Assembly: GCA_001662655.1 (NCBI GenBank)
Contig: KV460227.1
DNA from: Pseudogymnoascus verrucosus
Lineage: Eukaryota
Length of the DNA: 64,000 nucleotides
Direction: 5' to 3' (one strand)
The notes under the pieces are model-generated. The model worked only from the letters and a program-made list of their open reading frames with translations, did no database searches and was not told where the DNA came from. This document shows, piece after piece, positions 37,872 to 49,254 of this stretch; within the stretch, counting starts at the first letter, position 1; every line of letters starts with the position of its first letter. The position numbers and the translations under genes are program-made.

Positions 37872-39852
37872 TTAGTTTTTAAGCTTAATCAGTATCCACG
37901 AAGCCACTCGATACCCAAGTACAATAGCCACCGTGATACCTATATTTCTACCAAACTGCCCCTTCTCTTCATATCCATACCGCTCCAAGACCGCTTTTCC
38001 AGCAACCTGGCACTGGTTAGCCAGGTCTGAGGCGTACATACAGCTGCAATGAGTGCCGCAGCTGTACTTTGCGCCGCGAAACTGGCTGACCATCAACCCC
38101 TGGAATGCGTAGGCGAGGTAGTCCCAATAGTGGATTCCGAAGCGGTAGAAGGGGTTTAGACTAGAGTATGAAATGAAGAAGCCCTGGCCGCAGAGGAGCA
38201 GACTGTTGAGGAACGAGGAGCAGGCTATGGTGAAGATGAAGTCGGGAAGGATGCATGCTACTACGACGACGAGGGCTTCGGCGGCTAATGCGGTGAGGAA
38301 GACCCAGAGAACCCAGGTGAAAAAGGCTGTGGCGGAGGGTACAAGGTTGGATAGCCAGTAGCAGGTGATAGAGAAGACGAGGCTCAGCAAGAAGTTGGTT
38401 GGTATGCTGATGAGGAAATTGGATACTGCAAACTCAGTGGGACCGTACAGGCCATTGTGAAAATCCTGCGCGGATTGCAGGTAATCCTCAATAAAGGCGG
38501 GCGCATAGATGATGGCCGCCATAGACATGAAGCAGAGCGCAAAGAAGATTTCGCTGACCAGGAATGAAATCGACTCCTGCTCGAGGTCGAGGCGCAGCCA
38601 TACTGTCCCAATTAAAATGGCAAAGCTGAGGGAAAACGCAAGCCGGATGCCGTAGGCCATAGGGTCGCGATAGGTCTTGACGAGGCTCCGGTGTAACAAC
38701 GTCACTGTCCGACTGCCCATTCTTGGTCTGTTGTTGCCTGACTCGATCTTCAGACATTCAGCTCCATTTTCGGCACACAAGATGGTGTCGTGGGCGGTCT
38801 TAGCGTTAGCAGATGCCTGCCAGGCAGACTGGAGCTCCACGAGTCGAAGAGCGGCATATACTTTATCTTGTGAGAAGTCAATGTTGACTAGCTCAAGAAG
38901 GAAATCCGGGACATTCGAGTGGAGTGGAATCTCGATGCCAATGTTGCTATAATACGCAACCACATCTGACACTGCGCCGAAGTAATGCGGCTTGCCTGCT
39001 GAAATTAGTAGCAACTTGTCAAAGAGGTTAAAAATCGATGTAGAGGGCTGGTGGATCGAGAAAATAATGATAAGGTTGTTTCTTCTTGCAAGGGCTTGTA
39101 GATATTGGACCACCTCAAAACTGGCGGCTGAATCAAGCCCTGACGTGGGTTCGTCGAGAAATAGAATCCTAGGTGACACTACGAGCTGTCTTGCGATTGC
39201 CACGCGCCGTTTTTGGCCGTCCGAAATGCCCTTGCGCAGCGATGTCCCGATGATTGTGTTCGCCTGGTCAGTGAGACCAAAAGATTCAAGAAGTGCGCTT
39301 ACTTGCACCAAACGTTCTGTCGATGACCTATTAATGTTTGTCAGCGTCTGTTAAGGTATATGCAGGTAGATTTCATGGCTCAATGCTTAACTTACCCATA
39401 TCTAGCAAGTCGCGAAGGAAATGACAACGTCTCATAAACGGATAGGCCTCCAATGAATACTTCTTCCTGGTTGACAAGGCAGCTGGCTTGGCGAAATTCA
39501 GATTTCGTCAACGGTCTCCCATTAACAAGAATGCTGCCTTCGATGCTCTTAGCTTTTGTTGACCGCCTGGCAAGAACATTTAATAGGGTTGTCTTTCCGC
39601 TCCCTGAAGGGCCCATTATGGCGCAGCATTCTCCTTTATAGATGTATTAGTCTCTTTCGTTGGAATACTCATTCTGGAAATTATAGAATAGAACGAACCA
39701 GCTTGTACAACTCCTTCGATATTGTCCACCAGGGTTTTTGATTGCTTGGTCTTGCGATCGGTGACGGTAACAGTAATACCACGCCATGTGATATTATGAA
39801 CAGTGGTATTGATTAGTTGCTTCTCTGAAGTAGGGCGCTGCTCTAGATCCAT
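37872..39852 (-). CDS. ABCG / White-type half-size ABC transporter (NBD-TMD), 3 exons
   Basis: Walker A GPSGSGKTT, signature variant ISDGQKRR, Walker B ILFLDEPTSGLD, SIHQP, six TM segments. Introns 39698-39634 and 39395-39328. Confidence 0.9.
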
Positions 39853-40520
39853 GTTGTTTGATATTCGGAAATCCAACCAGCACTATTTAATCAGCAACAA
39901 GGCCATATCAAACATATTTAGGGGCTGCACTAGGGAGCAAGCAACTATAGGGGAATCAGATCGTCTAACCATCCAGAGTAAAACCCTATAAAAGCGGGGA
40001 AGGTTACTACCGGTCGCGGTGAAACAGTACTCGTAGGGAAAAGGGTCTCACTTGAGGTACTTGGTTGGTAACTTGCTACGTAAAACGAACCAACTTTGAG
40101 ATGAATCATGACTTCAACTTTTTTTACCTGCATGCCCACGCATTAAACGTACGATATTGGCGCAGAGTCGCGGAATCCTCTCAAAAATTTAATTTCCATT
40201 CCTATCGACACCTCTACTCGGTGGTTTCCACATACTAGCTTCGCTCAGGTGACAGGCGTGACAGGCGACAACGCTTCGTGGATATGACAGCGGTTCGAGG
40301 ACAACACGTAAGCTTTATACGTTAATAATGACAACTTTAGTTATAACTATCAATATAATTATGATGCTATCGTGATGCCTTCCTCTCGTGACCTAGCGTA
40401 TACTTCTTGACCAATATAAAGTGGCAAGTTCTTCAAGGGAGAGGGATGCAGAGCTGTGAGATTGTCGTGTTGAAATACAGGAGTACCATCAAGAGTGATA
40501 GTGAGTTTTAGAATAGGGAC

Positions 40521-40596
40521 GATTAACATATGGGCGCAACTATCCATCACATATCAGAAACAATATGTGATGGATAGTTACTCCTGCATGTTAATC
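40521..40596. repeat. Foldback inverted repeat (hairpin)
   Basis: Perfect 17-bp arms aactatccatcacatat (40538-40554) and atatgtgatggatagtt (40563-40579), plus outer arms gattaacat / atgttaatc. Confidence 0.85.
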
Positions 40597-40839
40597 CACT
40601 AGAACCATACATAGGTATCTGAGCGCCGTTATTTCCTCTGAGGCTGAAGAGCGGTGAATGTTCCTAAACGGGTAGGTCTGAGCTTTAAGCATAAAAAATC
40701 GACAGTAAAACTGACGTGTCCCACCATCAAACCGTAGAGACCCGTCGTCTGACGACGTCCTCTACTTAGACCATTGGCTATTTGTCGACTTGTTTGTACG
40801 TATTATAGTTCATTGTTCCCACCTGAAGTCTTCTCCTGA

Positions 40840-40883
40840 ATGTCTCATTTCATCAACTGACATCAAGTTATGAAATGAGACAT
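40840..40883. repeat. Inverted repeat with 14-bp arms; the arm recurs at 41042-41055
   Basis: atgtctcatttcat (40840-40853) pairs with atgaaatgagacat (40870-40883). Confidence 0.85.
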
Positions 40884-41461
40884 CCGGGTCATTTATACGA
40901 ATTGTTGCCTATTTTCAGACCGCTAGACCATAATTAGATCTCTATGTCTCAATATATGACCTGGCTGGTTCTTGAGCCAATTTGTTCGTGCCCCGTGTTC
41001 AGATCCCCATTTTCAGATCTCTTGGTAATGATTAAATCCCTATGTCTCATTTCATGGCTAGCTGATTCCCAGACCAATTTCTTCTTGCCCAATTGTCATA
41101 TCCCCCGCTTAAACACAGAGTTAGAGATGGATATGACAAATAGCTGGCAGGAATGTGTAAATTTAGGGTACAGTTTCGTACATCATCACTAGGAGACTAA
41201 CTTGGGCATATACATCTACGTGGGTGGGTACGGTGTACGAAAAGAAAAGAGGGTGAATATTGAATCTCGCTGCATGAAACTAAGCTGAGGTAAGACAGAA
41301 CTCATAGAGTCACTAGAAAAGACTAGTCTGGCCGAAGGGTCTTTGAAAATGTGATAATGGCCCTATAGAAATGTTACATAAGACTATTATCCCTCTGTAG
41401 AGGCATTCAGCTACTCAATCACATCAGATACTTCGTCAAACCCTTGGTATATGCTTTTCAA

Positions 41462-44400
41462 ATGGATCATAGCAACGATGAACCCATCGCGGTGGTTGGG
41501 ATCGGATGTCGATACCCTGGCGGCATTTCATCCGTCACGGAATTCTGGGAGGCACTTCGAAATGGAAGCACCATGATGTCCGATATCCCACCTGATCGGT
41601 TTGACCATCATTCATTTCATGACCCTAATGGTAGGAGTCATGGTCGGATACAAAATACCAAAGGCGGCTTCATCCCAGATATTGACACATTTGACGCCGA
41701 GTTTTTTGGATACTTTCCAGCGGAAGCCTCCCGAATGGACCCTCAACAGAGGTTAGCCCTGGAGGCTTCCGTCCACGCCCTCGAGGACTCGGGGATCCCA
41801 TTGCACCAAGTAGCTGGATCATCCACTGGGGTATTCGTTGGAACGTTCCAGAATGATTACGCTGCCATACAAGTGAACGGCATGCAACGAGACCATTTCA
41901 ACCCTCATTCCAGTCTGGGTAGCGCAGCATGTGCCCTCTCAAACAGGGTGTCACATCGGCTAAACCTGCAAGGCCCCAGCATCACAGTGGACACTGCGTG
42001 TTCGTCGAGTTTGGTAGCTCTGCATCTCGCTTGTCAAAGTATCTGGACAGGAGAGAGCACGGCTGCCATTGCTGGCGGCGTAAACGCAATTCTACGGCCC
42101 GAACCTAGCATCCAACTTTCTACGTCCGGATTCCTGTCGGCGAGTGGGGCCTGCAAGTCGTTCGACAAGGATGCGGATGGTTATGTGCGTAGCGAGGGGG
42201 TTGGAATGGTCTTTCTCAAGCCCCTGAGCCGTGCATTCAAGGACAAAGACAGGATATACTCACTGATTCGAGGATCGCTGATCAATCAAGATGGGTATAC
42301 TGAGGGCGGATTCGCCGTTCCTAGCGCCAATGCCCAGATGGACCTCCTGCAATCTGTCTATCAGCGTTACGGGATTGATCCAGGTAGGGTTTGTTATGTT
42401 GAGGCTCATGGATCAGGAACTCAGATTGGTGACCCTATTGAAGCGCAGGCCCTGGGCGAGAAGATTGGACTGGCCCGCTCAAAGGAAGACGTACCTCTGT
42501 TGATTGGGTCTGTCAAAGGCAACTTAGGCCATATGGAGGGTGCCTCAGGTATCACTGGCTTTATTAAAGCTGCTCTGATCGCGTTCTACGGAGAGGTTCC
42601 CCCGCAGGCCAATTTTCAAACACCTAATCCTGCCATCAACTTTGAGAGGCTCCGTCTTGCCATTTCGACAACAGCAGCCGTTCTCCCACGAGGTATTAAC
42701 GGCGAACTAATTATCGCTGTCAACTCTTTTGGCGCAGGAGGAACAAATGCACACATCATTCTTCAAAATGCACCTCCGCAGCCATGCCAGCGTGCAAGTC
42801 GCTCTTCTCAAGCTAGAAATTGCCCCCAACTCTTTACCGTATCCGCCCGGTCTGCGGCCGCACTATCTGATACAGTCAAAGGGTTGGATCGACAGCTACG
42901 AGCGTCTCATCCTACAATAGAGGATGTTTCATACACTTTGAACATGCGACGAAGCCACCATTCCGAAATTTCCATTGTTGCGGCTTCAGGGATTGAAGAT
43001 CTCTGTTTCCAGCTCGAACAGATCGCGTCTGGGGAAGCATCGAAGGGAGTCTTGTCCTTCCGGCGGCAATCCGAAGTGAGGCCAAAGGTCGCCTTCGTAT
43101 TCTCTGGTCAGGGAGGCCAATGGGCCGGGATGGGCATGGGCCTTGCCGCTCAAGAACCTATATTTCGACAATCACTGGCTGATTTTGACGCGCATTTCAT
43201 CACTCTCTCAGGATGGTCCATTCGCGCAGAGATAGCCGCTTCCCACGATGACCCATTTTCTGCTGGCCGCACGATCGTAGTCCAACCGGCGATTGCGGCA
43301 ATTCAGATTGCATTGGCGAAGACATTGTCCTCATACGGCCTTAGGCCAGACGCTGTTGTTGGTCACTCTGTTGGTGAGGTTGCGGCCGCCCATATCAGTG
43401 GTGCCCTAACTCTTGAAGAGGCGGTAAAAGTGATCTACTGGAGGTCTCTAGTACAGAGCAAAGCCCAAGGAAAAGGGGCGATGTTAGCAGTCGGATTATC
43501 ATCTGCTGAACTACAGCACCACATCTGGCGACGCCGGTTGAAAGCACAAATTGAGATCGCTGGTATGAATGGGCCCCAGATGACAACATTAAGCGGGGAG
43601 ACAGAGGCTTTACAACAACTGCTTGAACATTTTGAGCAACAAGGGATATTTACGAGGTTTATTAAGGTCGACGTTCCATACCACAGTCGCTTTATGGACC
43701 CTCTTCGAGATGAGCTTGTAGACTCGCTCTCATCTATCAGCGGCGGAGAGGCCAATATCAGTCTCTACTCCACCGTTACAGCATCCATTGAACCTGGGAC
43801 TCATCTGACGGCAGAGTACTGGTTTGAGAACATTCGACAGCCGGTAAAATATGTGGAAACTGCGGGTAAAATATTGAAGGATGGTTATGGTTTCCTTATT
43901 GAGATTGGGCCTCACCCGGTCCTTGTCAGTGAAACCCGTCGCACTGCTGATGTTTTGAAGATGCCCGCTAATATTCTTCCCTCTATGTTTCGAGATAGTG
44001 ACACTGTACCCTTTTCACACCTAATCGGAGCAGCGCATGCCATGGGAGTTCCCGTGGACCTGGAATCGTTTGCCGGAGGTTGTGGGAAATTAATCGATCT
44101 GCCACTGTATCCGTTTCAACGCCAGCGTTATTGGTTCGAACATCCGGACGCACACCGCGTTCGTCGAGCGAAGGACCAACATCCTTTTCACAAGAGCTAT
44201 ACACGGCTGTCAGATGATGGCCTCGGTGTCCTACACCTTCGCCTTAGCACTGGGGTCTCGCCATTTCTCGCAGACCACGTCTTGGATGGAGCCGCTGTCT
44301 TTCCCGCCACTGGGCAGGCGGAGGCTGTGTTCCTAGCTGCTACAAAGCTCCTGCTTCCACAGAGTGCAACCAGTATTCGACTACAAGATATGAGATTTGA

Positions 44401-47400
44401 ACATGCCCTAGTGATGGCCGCAGCCGATGACTTCCCTCCACAGGTCCAGCTAGAAATTACCTCTGCCGCCCATGATTTCATTCTAAGCTTCCGAGCGGCT
44501 GATTCTAGCCCGGCTGATGCATGGCAAGTGATCTGTCGCGGACGGATCGACACATCTGATTCATTCTCACGGCCTAGCCTAGAAATGCTGGATACCGTAC
44601 AGTCACGAATCCAGACGGGAGAGGAGGTAGACATCAAAACATTCTATTCGACCTTGGAGAGAGCAGGTCTTCGGTACGGCGATGCCTTCCGCGGTGTACA
44701 GAAGATTTGGCGACTAGGGAACGATATCTTTGGGCTGGTAACGCTCCCCAAACTGCTTCACCAGGAGGCATCTCGCTTTAGAATTCACCCTGCCTTACTA
44801 GACGCATGTCTGCATACTATATATGTTGAACAACACTACCGTGGAAACTCCGCAGAAGTCTACCTCCCTTATGGCATCGAACATATAGAGATCTTCGACG
44901 CACGCGGGGCAACAGCTGCCGCAGTCCATGTCCAGATTACTTGTCATGACGAAATTTCGATTTGCGGCCGTATAAATGTCTACGACGCCTATGGCGAGCC
45001 GCTCGCTATTATGACAGGTGTCCGCGCAAAGCGTGTGCCAGGTCGTAGCGTTCCTAGCGTGTCTCAGTACGATATCTCTTTTCTCCCAGAGCCGGACAAC
45101 CAAATAGTTAAAATGGACTTTGAAAATGTGCTTGTACTTGAGCCGCTAGATCAAGCCTTGGACTGTACTCCCGTCATCCAAGGGGCATTTCCACATGCCC
45201 GTGTGCAGATACTCCAGCGCCCCTCCGCTCTAGCACCGCCCAAGATGCCCGTCAATCTGGATTTCCCTATGGATGGTCGCTCCCTCGTCCTTATTCCCAC
45301 TATAAGGAACTGTCACTCTGTGGGTTCAGCTGCAGACCTTCAGCTCAGTCTAGAATCGACTGTTAGCACACTTGTGGATATGGCGAACCGTCTTCACTCT
45401 CGCCAGGGGATTCCTTGGGTTATCGTTATCAGCCAGGGAGCCTGTGTTACACCAACCGATTCCCAGTGCGACCCATTCTCTTCGGCCCTACAAGCGGCAG
45501 TAAGGGTCATGGCAAATGAACTTCCATGGGTTCGAATCCGGTTGGTTGACCTTCCCCTCGGTCAGGTTCATGACTACCTCCCGTTACTCGGGGACGAGAT
45601 TGTAAGAGCACGACTAGGCCGAGATGAGAACGTAGTGGCGTTACGGTCAGCTGGAAGATTTGTCAAACGAGTTGTTCCCATCGAGACTGAGAATAAACAA
45701 AATGTAATGATGATGCCTGCTCGTGGCGGAGAGTACTTCGCGGAGCGTGATCGCGGGGGCTCCCTCGATGCAATTCATTTCCGGCAGCGTAACCCAGGAG
45801 AGGCTGTCTGCCTTGGACCGGATGATGTGAGCATCGAGGTTCATGCTGCAGGCCTAAACTTCAAAGACGCCATAAATAGCATAGGCATGCTAAGTGAGCG
45901 CGCTACCGTCGGGTCGCTGTCTGGGCTCCGACTTGGGTTAGAGGTCTCAGGAGTTGTGAGGGATATTGGTGATAACGTACAAAAGGTCAAGGTTGGGTCT
46001 CCAGTTACTGCTCGTGTGTGCGATGGGATCGCAGGGCATGTTGTAGCCCACCAGAGTCGGGTTAACCCCAAACCTACGCCGCTCGATATGGCGGAGGCCG
46101 CTGCTATCCCGGGAGCTTTTGTAACTGCACACTACGCCCTAGTGCACCTTGCTCGGCTTACACGGGGTGAGACCGTCCTCATCCATGCGGCCGCGGGTGG
46201 TGTGGGCATGGCCGCCATCCAGGTTGCTCATCTTGTTGGTGCCCAGGTATACGCCACCGCGGGCAGTCCCCACCGCCAAGCTGTCGTGGCCAAGTTACCA
46301 GGCGTTCAGGCGGTGTTCAGCTCTCGTTCCGCGTCATTTCGCAACGGCGTTAAAGCTGCTACGCATGGTCGCGGGGTAGACGTGGTATTGAACTCGCTAA
46401 GTGGAGAGCTCTTAGCTGAGTCGGTTGCGTGCCTTGCGCCTTTTGGGCGGTTTGTAGAGATTGGAAAGACTGATATCTACCGCAACATGCGGCTAGGACT
46501 AGAGCAATTCGGTCAGAACTGTTCTTTCTTCGTCGTTGATGTCGACAGATTAACCAAACAAAAACCAGCGTTAAATAGTCAGATTCAAGATGAAGTCGCC
46601 ACGTTACTCGAGACAAAGCAGCTCAAGTCCTTCCCTATAGTCAAGTTCCCCGTCATAGAACTGAAAACGGCGCTGACTGCGCTTTTACGGTCCGAGATCA
46701 TTGGGAAGGCCGTGGTTGAGATGCCTGATTTGACTGAGGTCCCCGTCGTTCCATGCGACCGACTTCACTTGCGTGGGGATCGAGCCTACCTCGTGACTGG
46801 AGGCACCAGCGGGCTGGGTTTGCATCTTGCTGCATTTCTGGTTGACCGAGGAGCGCGACATTTGGTGCTAGTCAGTCGGTCAGGCCCAAAATCGCCAGAT
46901 GACCAGGCGACGATCGACGGCCTGCATCGGCGTGGTGTCAATGTATGGGTTGAACGAGCAGATATAAGTTGCAGCGAAAAAGTCAATGCTCTATTCGCGC
47001 AAGGTAGAGAATGGCCAACGATATCCGGGGTCATCCACTGTGCCGCAGTGGCAGGAAATGAATTGATAAAGGATGTCACGACTAATACATTCCGGCAGGC
47101 CTTTGAGCCCAAGGCGATGGGGGCATGGCACCTACATGAGGCCACGAAGAACATGCCACTAGATTTCTTTGTTTTAATCTCATCTATCGCCACTTTAGTC
47201 GGATTTCCTGGACAGTTGAGCTATACAGCTGCTAACCAGTTTCTCAATGGATTGGCACATTCTCGTCGTCTCTCCGGCCTGCCCGCACTGGCTCTTAACT
47301 ACGGCGCTATGGGGAACTTTGCTGGTATTTTTAAAAATTCAACACAGGACGCTGACACCATAATCCAGCTTAATATGACCAGAGGCGTGTTTCAAATAAG

Positions 47401-48793
47401 TCTCCCGGACGTGCTGTCTACCTTAGAGCGGGCCATGCTTGAGGATGCTACGGAGCGAATGCCTGCGGATATCGACTGGCGCATGTTTATCGCTTCAGCT
47501 CCTCACCTATATCTAGACGCCACTTTCATGGGTCTTCTGCAGGACAGCGCTAACACTCGTACACCAGAAAGTTTTGGATCTGGTACCGGACCACGGACCG
47601 CCCCAGAGATCGCTGATGTTTTACACGCTGGGCTCGCAAAAATCCTAGGTGTTGAAGAGGGACGAATCTCCCGGGCGGCAGGGCTTGAGCGATATGCTCC
47701 AGACTCGCTGACCCTCGCACAGGTTCGAGGCATGATTCAACGTGATATACGGGTATCCTATCCTATCGTAAAACTCTTTAACAATCCTACTATTGAGGAC
47801 ATTGCGCAAGAGCTTGAGAGATCTTTGAATTTAGATCCCGCTGAGGCGCAGAGCTCGACAGTCGAAAACGGTCACAGCCATACTCAGCAAGATAACCATT
47901 CCGTTGCTCTAACAGTCATCTCCCCTTGGTTTATCCGAGGTTGCGACGATGCCATCGTTAAATCCCAACCTCGTCTACTCTGTATCCACCCAATGGCCGC
48001 AGACGCTTCTTTCTTCACCCCATATCTAGTTGACCCCCCTCGCGGGCTAGACGCAATTGCTGTCCAAATTCCTGGTCGCGATAACAGAGCAGATGAACCA
48101 ATCCCATCGAGCGTCTCCGAGATTGTATCAGGGCTACTCGCCGAATTGGATTCAGTTATTGGTGCCACGCACATCATTTGGGGTCATTCCTTCGGCGGGA
48201 TAGTCGCTTTTGAGGTGATCAGAGAAATGAGACGTCGTGGAGTCCACCCGCTTCCGCAATTGTTGCTCACTGGCACTATTGCCCCTCATCTAATGTCCTC
48301 CTGGCAGAGTGCAATAAGTTTACAATGGGCGTTTGCAGAGGATATTAACCCGGATTATGCCTTGGCCGTCTCACGCTACACCGAAGACCCACACTTTTTC
48401 CGGAATATTCTCCCGCTTTTCAAACGAGACTCACCTTGGTTTTCGAATTACGTCTTTGTCGAAGAAGAGCCGCTCAATGTGCCGATTACCGCGTTTGCAG
48501 CTCGTCAGGACGACATGGTGTATCCAGACCAGGTTGCGGGTTGGGATGTTCAGACGGACAAGTTCGAGTTTGTCGAGGTCGACGGGGATCACTGGTTCAT
48601 TCACAAGAACCGTCAAGTGATTCGGGGGGCGTTGGAAAGAATGGCCTCCTCACCTAGAGAGGAATCAAGGGCGGTGGAAGTAGTCTGTCCAAGTGATGCA
48701 GATAAGGTAAAGGGTGAGGTTGCGGAGGCGGCAAACGTAGTAGAGGCTAGGGTAGTGGTTATGGGAGCTGTTGAGGTAGTGGTTGAGGTATAG
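41462..48793 (+). CDS. Intronless type I reducing polyketide synthase KS-AT-DH-ER-KR-ACP-TE (2443 aa)
   Basis: KS: DTACSSS, EAHGSGT, KGNLGHMEGASG. AT: GHSVG, PYHS. DH: HVLDGAAVFP, LLDACLH. ER: HAAAGGVG. KR: GGTSGLG, YTAAN. ACP: PDSL. TE: GHSFG, GDHWF. No C-methyltransferase motif seen. Confidence 0.95.
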   Translation: MDHSNDEPIAVVGIGCRYPGGISSVTEFWEALRNGSTMMSDIPPDRFDHHSFHDPNGRSHGRIQNTKGGFIPDIDTFDAEFFGYFPAEASRMDPQQRLALEASVHALEDSGIPLHQVAGSSTGVFVGTFQNDYAAIQVNGMQRDHFNPHSSLGSAACALSNRVSHRLNLQGPSITVDTACSSSLVALHLACQSIWTGESTAAIAGGVNAILRPEPSIQLSTSGFLSASGACKSFDKDADGYVRSEGVGMVFLKPLSRAFKDKDRIYSLIRGSLINQDGYTEGGFAVPSANAQMDLLQSVYQRYGIDPGRVCYVEAHGSGTQIGDPIEAQALGEKIGLARSKEDVPLLIGSVKGNLGHMEGASGITGFIKAALIAFYGEVPPQANFQTPNPAINFERLRLAISTTAAVLPRGINGELIIAVNSFGAGGTNAHIILQNAPPQPCQRASRSSQARNCPQLFTVSARSAAALSDTVKGLDRQLRASHPTIEDVSYTLNMRRSHHSEISIVAASGIEDLCFQLEQIASGEASKGVLSFRRQSEVRPKVAFVFSGQGGQWAGMGMGLAAQEPIFRQSLADFDAHFITLSGWSIRAEIAASHDDPFSAGRTIVVQPAIAAIQIALAKTLSSYGLRPDAVVGHSVGEVAAAHISGALTLEEAVKVIYWRSLVQSKAQGKGAMLAVGLSSAELQHHIWRRRLKAQIEIAGMNGPQMTTLSGETEALQQLLEHFEQQGIFTRFIKVDVPYHSRFMDPLRDELVDSLSSISGGEANISLYSTVTASIEPGTHLTAEYWFENIRQPVKYVETAGKILKDGYGFLIEIGPHPVLVSETRRTADVLKMPANILPSMFRDSDTVPFSHLIGAAHAMGVPVDLESFAGGCGKLIDLPLYPFQRQRYWFEHPDAHRVRRAKDQHPFHKSYTRLSDDGLGVLHLRLSTGVSPFLADHVLDGAAVFPATGQAEAVFLAATKLLLPQSATSIRLQDMRFEHALVMAAADDFPPQVQLEITSAAHDFILSFRAADSSPADAWQVICRGRIDTSDSFSRPSLEMLDTVQSRIQTGEEVDIKTFYSTLERAGLRYGDAFRGVQKIWRLGNDIFGLVTLPKLLHQEASRFRIHPALLDACLHTIYVEQHYRGNSAEVYLPYGIEHIEIFDARGATAAAVHVQITCHDEISICGRINVYDAYGEPLAIMTGVRAKRVPGRSVPSVSQYDISFLPEPDNQIVKMDFENVLVLEPLDQALDCTPVIQGAFPHARVQILQRPSALAPPKMPVNLDFPMDGRSLVLIPTIRNCHSVGSAADLQLSLESTVSTLVDMANRLHSRQGIPWVIVISQGACVTPTDSQCDPFSSALQAAVRVMANELPWVRIRLVDLPLGQVHDYLPLLGDEIVRARLGRDENVVALRSAGRFVKRVVPIETENKQNVMMMPARGGEYFAERDRGGSLDAIHFRQRNPGEAVCLGPDDVSIEVHAAGLNFKDAINSIGMLSERATVGSLSGLRLGLEVSGVVRDIGDNVQKVKVGSPVTARVCDGIAGHVVAHQSRVNPKPTPLDMAEAAAIPGAFVTAHYALVHLARLTRGETVLIHAAAGGVGMAAIQVAHLVGAQVYATAGSPHRQAVVAKLPGVQAVFSSRSASFRNGVKAATHGRGVDVVLNSLSGELLAESVACLAPFGRFVEIGKTDIYRNMRLGLEQFGQNCSFFVVDVDRLTKQKPALNSQIQDEVATLLETKQLKSFPIVKFPVIELKTALTALLRSEIIGKAVVEMPDLTEVPVVPCDRLHLRGDRAYLVTGGTSGLGLHLAAFLVDRGARHLVLVSRSGPKSPDDQATIDGLHRRGVNVWVERADISCSEKVNALFAQGREWPTISGVIHCAAVAGNELIKDVTTNTFRQAFEPKAMGAWHLHEATKNMPLDFFVLISSIATLVGFPGQLSYTAANQFLNGLAHSRRLSGLPALALNYGAMGNFAGIFKNSTQDADTIIQLNMTRGVFQISLPDVLSTLERAMLEDATERMPADIDWRMFIASAPHLYLDATFMGLLQDSANTRTPESFGSGTGPRTAPEIADVLHAGLAKILGVEEGRISRAAGLERYAPDSLTLAQVRGMIQRDIRVSYPIVKLFNNPTIEDIAQELERSLNLDPAEAQSSTVENGHSHTQQDNHSVALTVISPWFIRGCDDAIVKSQPRLLCIHPMAADASFFTPYLVDPPRGLDAIAVQIPGRDNRADEPIPSSVSEIVSGLLAELDSVIGATHIIWGHSFGGIVAFEVIREMRRRGVHPLPQLLLTGTIAPHLMSSWQSAISLQWAFAEDINPDYALAVSRYTEDPHFFRNILPLFKRDSPWFSNYVFVEEEPLNVPITAFAARQDDMVYPDQVAGWDVQTDKFEFVEVDGDHWFIHKNRQVIRGALERMASSPREESRAVEVVCPSDADKVKGEVAEAANVVEARVVVMGAVEVVVEV

Positions 48794-49254
48794 GGGATGG
48801 AGCGAGCCTGTACTATACCACCTTCTACTATCCTCATTCCTAAATAATTGTGGCAATTTACTATTTTGTCAAAAAGCCCCTGCTACTACTTAACCTCATG
48901 TTATTTATGCCTTTCCACCTAAATTGGTCACTACAAGTGGGGTCAGGTTCGTGGTTGGATTGGAAAATATATTATACATAATTTTATCAAATGATAAACT
49001 TCATATATAAAATAGGCATAGCTGTACTTCTACTATACATAGAACGCACTATGCTATACTATTAATAATAAATGAAGCATGGGCGAGCATGGCTAAAACG
49101 AGAGCTGCTGGGGTAGGATACGGACTGAGAGCTTCACCTACGGTAAAGCGACGTTTGTTTTTAAATGTAGTGGGGCATTTTAAATAGAAGCATGGGACTT
49201 TAATAGTAAGGTTAAGTCATGTTCAAGCTTTCAATTCTCATCCTAGTCGTTTGT

